A DNA stretch of 64,000 nucleotides from a virus. The position numbers were made by a program, and so were the translations under genes. The notes under the pieces were generated by a model, which was not told where the DNA came from, did not search any database, and was given only the letters and a program-made list of their open reading frames with translations. Shown here piece by piece: positions 58,875 through 64,000 of this stretch. Location of the stretch: positions 13,864 through 77,863 of the IMG/VR virus record IMGVR_UViG_3300028115_001816; one strand, given 5' to 3'. Numbering within the stretch: the first letter of the stretch is position 1; each line of letters starts with the position of its first letter.

Positions 58875-59229
58875 TTATAAATTTTTTAAAATCGTTATTA
58901 TACATAGTCAGTGTAAAGTGTGTCTTCTTATCAAACAATACAATACTTTTTATTATGTTTCTAACTATCTTTATATAATACGGTGTTTTTATATATTTGT
59001 CAAGGTCTAAAAGGAATCCAGGTGTATTTGGTATATCTTCTAATTTTATTTCAAAGTACTCAAGTTCCAGTTTATCTATGCAATGCATACAACCCTGTTG
59101 GGTCAATCTAAAACCACCATCACGTCTTTGATTTTGCCACCATATAACATATGCATTTTGAAAATCTATATCACTACTATCTGGGTCGTTTTCTTTAAAT
59201 GCAATTGTATACTCGTCTTTGGTAGGCAT
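58858..59229 (-). CDS. Hypothetical protein (123 aa)
   Basis: WW.N....GFRLT..G; operon ORF. Confidence 0.7.
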   Translation of the reverse strand: MPTKDEYTIAFKENDPDSSDIDFQNAYVIWWQNQRRDGGFRLTQQGCMHCIDKLELEYFEIKLEDIPNTPGFLLDLDKYIKTPYYIKIVRNIIKSIVLFDKKTHFTLTMYNNDFKKFINAHKI

Positions 59230-59230
59230 T

Positions 59231-59518
59231 TTAAGGGTATACTTGTTTACCTTTGTCTAAAATTACAACTGTAAACTTATCTGTATCAAATTGTTTGTTT
59301 AGTTTTTTACAAAGATTTATTGCATGGCCTGGATTACTAAAAGAAACTTTTTTATACTTAGGCCCAGGATAACTTATAAGCATATTGAATGTTTTTAGGT
59401 TAATAGGCTTTTTATCATAATATACTGCCCATATACCTGCACTTGCTAATACTTGCTCTGATTTGTAAGTTTCTTTTTCTACTTTTTCTAGTATTACAGT
59501 AGGTTTAGGTCTACTCAT
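59231..59518 (-). CDS. Phage hypothetical protein (95 aa)
   Basis: MSRPKP...YPGPKYKKVSFSNPGHA; late-like GCTAAATA upstream at 59547-59554. Confidence 0.7.
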   Translation of the reverse strand: MSRPKPTVILEKVEKETYKSEQVLASAGIWAVYYDKKPINLKTFNMLISYPGPKYKKVSFSNPGHAINLCKKLNKQFDTDKFTVVILDKGKQVYP

Positions 59519-59578
59519 TATAATCTCACTAATAATATGCTACTATTATTTAGCAAGAAATATACGTACTTAATTATT

Positions 59579-59791
59579 TTAGAAAGTGCCGTTGTCTACT
59601 TCTACAGTAATTACATCATTAGTTTTTATAGATATTATAGTATCCTGTAACTCTGTTATGTACTCAAGTAACTTTGTGTATTCATTAGCAATAGCTCGAG
59701 CATCCTGTGCATTTATGTTCATACTATCTCGTTTAAGGTTTATACAACCATGTGCTAATCTATCTAATGTTGGAAATTGTGGTTTAGCCAT
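59579..59791 (-). CDS. Hypothetical protein (70 aa)
   Basis: Operon ORF. Confidence 0.6.
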   Translation of the reverse strand: MAKPQFPTLDRLAHGCINLKRDSMNINAQDARAIANEYTKLLEYITELQDTIISIKTNDVITVEVDNGTF

Positions 59792-60251
59792 TTGTTCTTC
59801 TTAGTGTTTCTTGCATTTCTAGTTTTGTTTTAAATGGGCCATCATACGTGTATCTACTTAGTGTAATTAGTTTAGGACAATAAGCAGGACTATGGTTACC
59901 GTCCTCCCAGTGTATTACATAATACCCTGCACAAAAGAAACTTTGGCTATCACTAGTTTTTGTGTATAAAGGAAGTTTTCTTTTTAGATCATAGATGGGA
60001 TTATGAGGTTTTGTTTTACATGCATAACCGTGTACTTCATATTCTTTTGTTTCTTTTTTAACTACTTCTTTGCCTGTAAAATCTACTTTTATTTTTTGTT
60101 TTAGTTCTGACAATGCTTTGAATGTTTGGTTTTTTGTACCAACAGTAAGTGTAACACCATTTTCATTACTACGAATAGTGCCAACTTTTTGTCCATTGTC
60201 TTCTAGTATCCAAAACTTATTGTCTAAAACAGGCTTAGCCACAAACTGCAT
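59784..60251 (-). CDS. Hypothetical protein (start MQFVAKP)
   Basis: GGAG RBS before this ATG; the track ORF extends to 60305. Confidence 0.65.
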   Translation of the reverse strand: MQFVAKPVLDNKFWILEDNGQKVGTIRSNENGVTLTVGTKNQTFKALSELKQKIKVDFTGKEVVKKETKEYEVHGYACKTKPHNPIYDLKRKLPLYTKTSDSQSFFCAGYYVIHWEDGNHSPAYCPKLITLSRYTYDGPFKTKLEMQETLRRTNG

Positions 60252-61245
60252 TATTTGCTCCTTCTGGATAGTTCTTTTGTAGTAGTTCTGCAAACTGTGT
60301 AGCATTTTCTGCTATACGTTGCATATCCCATTTACCACAGAATTTCATAAAATGTGCACCTACCATGGATTTATTTTTTGCTTTCAGGTGAGCATCAATT
60401 ATTTCATCTACATAATCACGTATTTCTTCAGGTTGTGCAGTAAGATCCACTAGTGTAACGTTACGTTCATAGTCATCTAATACTCTGTGTTCCTTACCGT
60501 TGTGATCTGTCCAACGTTGTAACATTAAGTTATTCCAATTGAACCCCTTTGTGTCTTTATCAGCATATGCTTCTAATAAACCTACTTTGTTCTTAGTACC
60601 TTTTTCTCTAACACCAGGATAAGCACTGAATACATTATCACTGCTATCACCTCGCATACACTTTTTAAACAATTGATATTTAGGTGCAGCAGGTACTTTA
60701 TGTTCTTTAGTCTTCTTATCTATTACAGGCTTACCTTTGTCATCATAGACACCATCTAACTTAATAGTTTCTTTTGTAATGCCATTATACTGGTGTACGT
60801 TGTCAGATAATAGTTGTACAAAGTCCGTATCACTGCTTACAATAATATGATTATCATTAGGATGTTTATCTATCCAACGTGCAATAATATCATCTGCTTC
60901 TGCAATATCACATTTTATAGTACTACAATTTGTACGTTCATTTATAAATTTTAGGAAATCATCATATGCTTCAAAAAATGCAACGTCTTCTTCTGCTTCT
61001 TTTGGAGTTAGTGCATCACGTGCAACCTTACGATTTGCTTTATAGGGTTTGTAAAAATCTTTACGCCAGCTACGTCCTTCTAGTGCAAATACTACATGAT
61101 CAGCATCAAATTGTTTGTAACATTTGTTGATTGCATTTAGTGTAACATGTAGTGCCATGCCAACTTTTTCACTTATATCTCCGCGTACAACATGCTTTGC
61201 ACGAAAGAATGTATTCATAGTATCTACTAACAAGTATGTAGCCAT
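60235..61245 (-). CDS. rnh: T4-type RNase H / 5'-3' flap exonuclease
   Basis: LLVD..N, SWRK.....YKANR, EADDII, IVSSDTDFVQL, GDSSDNV. Confidence 0.92.
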   Translation of the reverse strand: MATYLLVDTMNTFFRAKHVVRGDISEKVGMALHVTLNAINKCYKQFDADHVVFALEGRSWRKDFYKPYKANRKVARDALTPKEAEEDVAFFEAYDDFLKFINERTNCSTIKCDIAEADDIIARWIDKHPNDNHIIVSSDTDFVQLLSDNVHQYNGITKETIKLDGVYDDKGKPVIDKKTKEHKVPAAPKYQLFKKCMRGDSSDNVFSAYPGVREKGTKNKVGLLEAYADKDTKGFNWNNLMLQRWTDHNGKEHRVLDDYERNVTLVDLTAQPEEIRDYVDEIIDAHLKAKNKSMVGAHFMKFCGKWDMQRIAENATQFAELLQKNYPEGANNAVCG

Positions 61246-62018
61246 TATTGCCTCATAATTTTCTCTTTAACTTTAGTTAATATACTACGTTTAGGCATAT
61301 CTGTCAACCCAGTTTTCATAACAAATTGATCTTTTACTTTATCTAAAAGATATAAGAAGTATTCATTGTGTGCATCAGCACCATAATGATAACCATTATT
61401 TCTTGTTTTAAATTGTTTATTTTTGCACCAGTAAAAATATGTTTCATCCTGGCTATAAGGATTTAAAAATTGATTATGCCAATCTTTTTGTTTTTCAATT
61501 ATGTCAAAATAAAGATATGTATTAAAAAATAAATGTTTTATATTTTCTTTTCTAAGTTCTAAATGAAAGTCATAAATTTTGTCATGCCATAATTTTGTTT
61601 TTTTATCTAACTCTTTTTCTGTTTGTTCAGAAACCCAGGTTTTATATTTGTTTACATATTCTTCTGGTACACTATCAGTACCACTAGCAGTAACTTGTAT
61701 ATAACCGTCTTTGTACTGCCATTCTTCTCTTTCAAAAGTAGCCCACCCTATAATAATAAACATTTTTTGTTTATTAACAGTTTCAGAAATTGCTTTTCTT
61801 GTGGTTCGTATGATTCTATCATTGCTACTTGCACTTTCAGCATCTAACCAGAATGGTTGGTTAAGAGCATTTGCTAACTTATAGCCGAATGTATAAGGAA
61901 TATTTTCAGGGTGTGGTCTTTTTCCTAGTGCAGTAAACCGCCTATCGTCCTCTGCAAAACAATAATCATTTATTATTTCTGCTCCAGCACTATGGCTATC
62001 ACCGTTTATGTATATCAC
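61245..62018 (-). CDS. SGNH/GDSL-like hypothetical protein
   Basis: INGDSHS, ASSNDRI, HYGADAH. Confidence 0.5.
   Translation of the reverse strand: MIYINGDSHSAGAEIINDYCFAEDDRRFTALGKRPHPENIPYTFGYKLANALNQPFWLDAESASSNDRIIRTTRKAISETVNKQKMFIIIGWATFEREEWQYKDGYIQVTASGTDSVPEEYVNKYKTWVSEQTEKELDKKTKLWHDKIYDFHLELRKENIKHLFFNTYLYFDIIEKQKDWHNQFLNPYSQDETYFYWCKNKQFKTRNNGYHYGADAHNEYFLYLLDKVKDQFVMKTGLTDMPKRSILTKVKEKIMRQ
61279..61307 (-). promoter_or_regulatory. sigma70 promoter TTGACA-N17-TATATT for rnh, inside the upstream gene
   Basis: TGTCAA 61302-61307; AATATA 61279-61284. Confidence 0.65.
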
Positions 62019-62368
62019 TTGTATGCTTTCCTTGCATTATCAATATTTTCAACATTGCTTTGTGCTTGTTCTTTCTCAAAACTTTCTAAAACAATATTAC
62101 GACACACATCTTGAAACCAGTTATCAACAATATCATTATCTGTTTTACCTTGATAACCAGCACGTACAAGTTTAGCAACAAATAGATCATTCCAATCTAA
62201 TTCAAATGCTCCTCTATCTAACGAACCACTTTCTAGTTCCATACTTAGTACACTTACCCAAGGTTCACCTTTTTCAGTTGCTATTTCTTTTTCAGATTTT
62301 TTAGGCTTTGCTTTAGACTTTTTTTCAGGTTCTTTACCTTTTAGCACTTTTTTTATTTTATCAAACAT
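62015..62368 (-). CDS. Phage hypothetical protein (117 aa)
   Basis: ATEKGEPWV...FELDWN..FV..L. Confidence 0.7.
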   Translation of the reverse strand: MFDKIKKVLKGKEPEKKSKAKPKKSEKEIATEKGEPWVSVLSMELESGSLDRGAFELDWNDLFVAKLVRAGYQGKTDNDIVDNWFQDVCRNIVLESFEKEQAQSNVENIDNARKAYK

Positions 62369-63194
62369 ATAATAACTCTCTTAGTTTTGTTGTTGTCCTA
62401 GGCCAGTCATCTAACCCATAACATTTTATTTTATATCCATTTTTCCTAAGTAATCTTTGAATTTGAGATTCGTCAATAATAGTTAAATTAGTCATCTCTA
62501 TTTCTTTATTATTGAGTATTGCGTCAACTATATTATTTACTAACATATCTTTTCCCATATATATCTCGTTTTTACACCAATCTGTATGTAATGTTTTCAA
62601 CTCACTATCTTCTCTTGTATTAGTTGTGTTTAGATATTTAGATAAGTCTTTCATAGTTGTTATAAAGTTGTCTTTTAAGTCTGATGTAGAAATAGTCTTT
62701 ACATTTTCTGTGTCTTTTAGTTTGCTAATTGTTTCTGTTTTTGTCTCAGATAAATGTTGGTCATACAACCATAAACTTAAATGCTCACGTATTTGCCATT
62801 TTTGAGGGTTTTTGTAATTTTCATTAATACTTTGTAGGAATTCTTGATCAACTTCAGTCCATAATTTTTTGTATACTTTGTGTTGTTTATTATTCATTGA
62901 CCATAGAAAATCTTCTTCTTTAGGGTATAATAACACGATTTTATCAAAACTAGATTTCAATTTTACTAATACTTGCTCTAATTTATCATCTTTATGTGTA
63001 ATAGGGTGTAATATAGTATTGTTTATTGGTTTTTTAATGGCTTCATCAACAGTCCTAAATGTTCTTTTCCAATTATGGCTTGTATGTTGATTATCAAAAG
63101 GTCTATAGTTTACGTCATATTTTCCAGCCATCCACTCTAGTGCCCATGCTACAAAGTTTCCATATGATCCTGATGAATAACTAATACAGTACAT
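62361..63194 (-). CDS. Hypothetical protein (277 aa), possibly sulfotransferase-like
   Basis: YSSGSYGNFV N-terminal loop. Confidence 0.45.
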   Translation of the reverse strand: MYCISYSSGSYGNFVAWALEWMAGKYDVNYRPFDNQHTSHNWKRTFRTVDEAIKKPINNTILHPITHKDDKLEQVLVKLKSSFDKIVLLYPKEEDFLWSMNNKQHKVYKKLWTEVDQEFLQSINENYKNPQKWQIREHLSLWLYDQHLSETKTETISKLKDTENVKTISTSDLKDNFITTMKDLSKYLNTTNTREDSELKTLHTDWCKNEIYMGKDMLVNNIVDAILNNKEIEMTNLTIIDESQIQRLLRKNGYKIKCYGLDDWPRTTTKLRELLYV

Positions 63195-63745
63195 TATTGT
63201 ACTTTCTTAAATAATTGTTTTGCTCTTTCCAAGTACTTTTCCCATTCTTCTAATTCTATATCATACTCGAAGTTTTGACTTGTTTCGTTTACTTGTAATT
63301 CTTTTGCACCATTTGCTAAATGAAACTTACGTGCCATATCTGTGAGAGGACTTAGTGTTACTAGTCTATTTAAGTTATTTGATTTCTTAACCATTTTGTA
63401 AACTTCGTTAACAATCTTACGCCCACCACCACGTTTTACTGCCCAAACAGTATATGCAATAGCAATACTACCCTGTTGTCCTGCTTTGTGTACTGATGAT
63501 AGTCTTGCAGATTTACTCATTACATCCATTTCTTCAACGGTAGTAGGCACATCATCGGTAAATGCAAAACACATAATAGCACAAATGTCACCTTCTGGAT
63601 CTCTAAGTCCGTAAATCTTTCTACCTTCACTAGTTCTAAATGCTACATCTAGTTCGGGTCTTACAGGATCTTTTGTACAATCAATATGATCTAATTCTTC
63701 TAATTTATACTTAGATGTCTTAAATAATTTAAGTTCCCCAGGCAT
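63194..63745 (-). CDS. GNAT-fold-like protein (start MPGELK)
   Basis: AIAYTVWA..RGGGRKIV...LVTLSP..DMARKFHL.NGA; the track ORF is over-extended into queE. Confidence 0.5.
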   Translation of the reverse strand: MPGELKLFKTSKYKLEELDHIDCTKDPVRPELDVAFRTSEGRKIYGLRDPEGDICAIMCFAFTDDVPTTVEEMDVMSKSARLSSVHKAGQQGSIAIAYTVWAVKRGGGRKIVNEVYKMVKKSNNLNRLVTLSPLTDMARKFHLANGAKELQVNETSQNFEYDIELEEWEKYLERAKQLFKKVQ

Positions 63746-64000
63746 TGCCAAAGAGCGAGATATGTAATCGTGGAGTGAACCTCCAACCTCTTTCCATGCA
63801 AAGGTTCGCAACTTCTTGGACATTGAGGTTGTATTCTTCTGATCTACCACCCAACGGCATAAGATACACAGGACATTCCAAACCTGCACTACGATATTCA
63901 CTAACAGCTCTGCCAGCTTCATCAATATCGGTCCTGTCAGCGACAACAAACTTGAGGTAAATGTCACTACCGTCCACACTAGCATAATCACAAGCCACTT
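63729..64000 (-). CDS. queE: 7-carboxy-7-deazaguanine synthase, C-terminal part (5' end outside the window)
   Basis: LKFVV....D......VYLMP.G...GWRFTPRLH..LFGN.WGT matches the QueE C-terminus; the CxxxCxxC motif is outside the window. Confidence 0.75.
   Translation of the reverse strand, partial: VACDYASVDGSDIYLKFVVADRTDIDEAGRAVSEYRSAGLECPVYLMPLGGRSEEYNLNVQEVANLCMERGWRFTPRLHISLFGNAWGT

Noticed and set aside
1-64000. CRISPR array, tRNA or rRNA genes
   Set aside because: No regularly spaced repeats or cloverleaf/T-loop signatures seen by eye in the short intergenic gaps; tRNAscan was not run
1-64000. Stop-codon reassignment
   Set aside because: Genes are full-length under the standard code, and TAA, TAG and TGA all end genes at plausible positions

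Overview
A gene-dense, AT-rich segment of a large T4-like (myovirus-type) bacteriophage genome in three blocks. (1) 1-23121, + strand: baseplate and tail genes (gp25-like, gp6-like, a 4422-aa structural protein with seven FG-GAP-like repeats, two fibre proteins), preceded by T4-late-like NNTAAATA motifs. (2) 23144-48415: a ~25-kb enzyme cluster with its own sigma70 promoter. It encodes about seven glycosyltransferase-like proteins, five paralogous radical SAM enzymes with an N-terminal Twitch/SPASM-like domain, a B12-binding radical SAM, nucleotide-sugar enzymes (3 SDRs, cupin, DegT, Gfo/Idh/MocA), an APS kinase plus HxGH nucleotidyltransferase, a NodU-type carbamoyltransferase and a SufT-like Fe-S factor. 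(3) 48384-64000, mostly - strand: thyX, T4 RNase H, the 3' end of queE, and a MoxR-AAA / VWA-metallopeptidase pair enclosing a ParB-like (DGQHR-type) + HNH gene pair and an oppositely oriented nuclease-like gene; four of these - strand genes share one promoter motif. The best candidates for undescribed biology are the glycan/radical-SAM cluster next to Ser/Thr-rich tail proteins, the split GmrSD/SspE-like nuclease cassette, and a small promoter-hairpin-terminator unit that may be an sRNA. All calls come from reading motifs by eye; no database searches were run.
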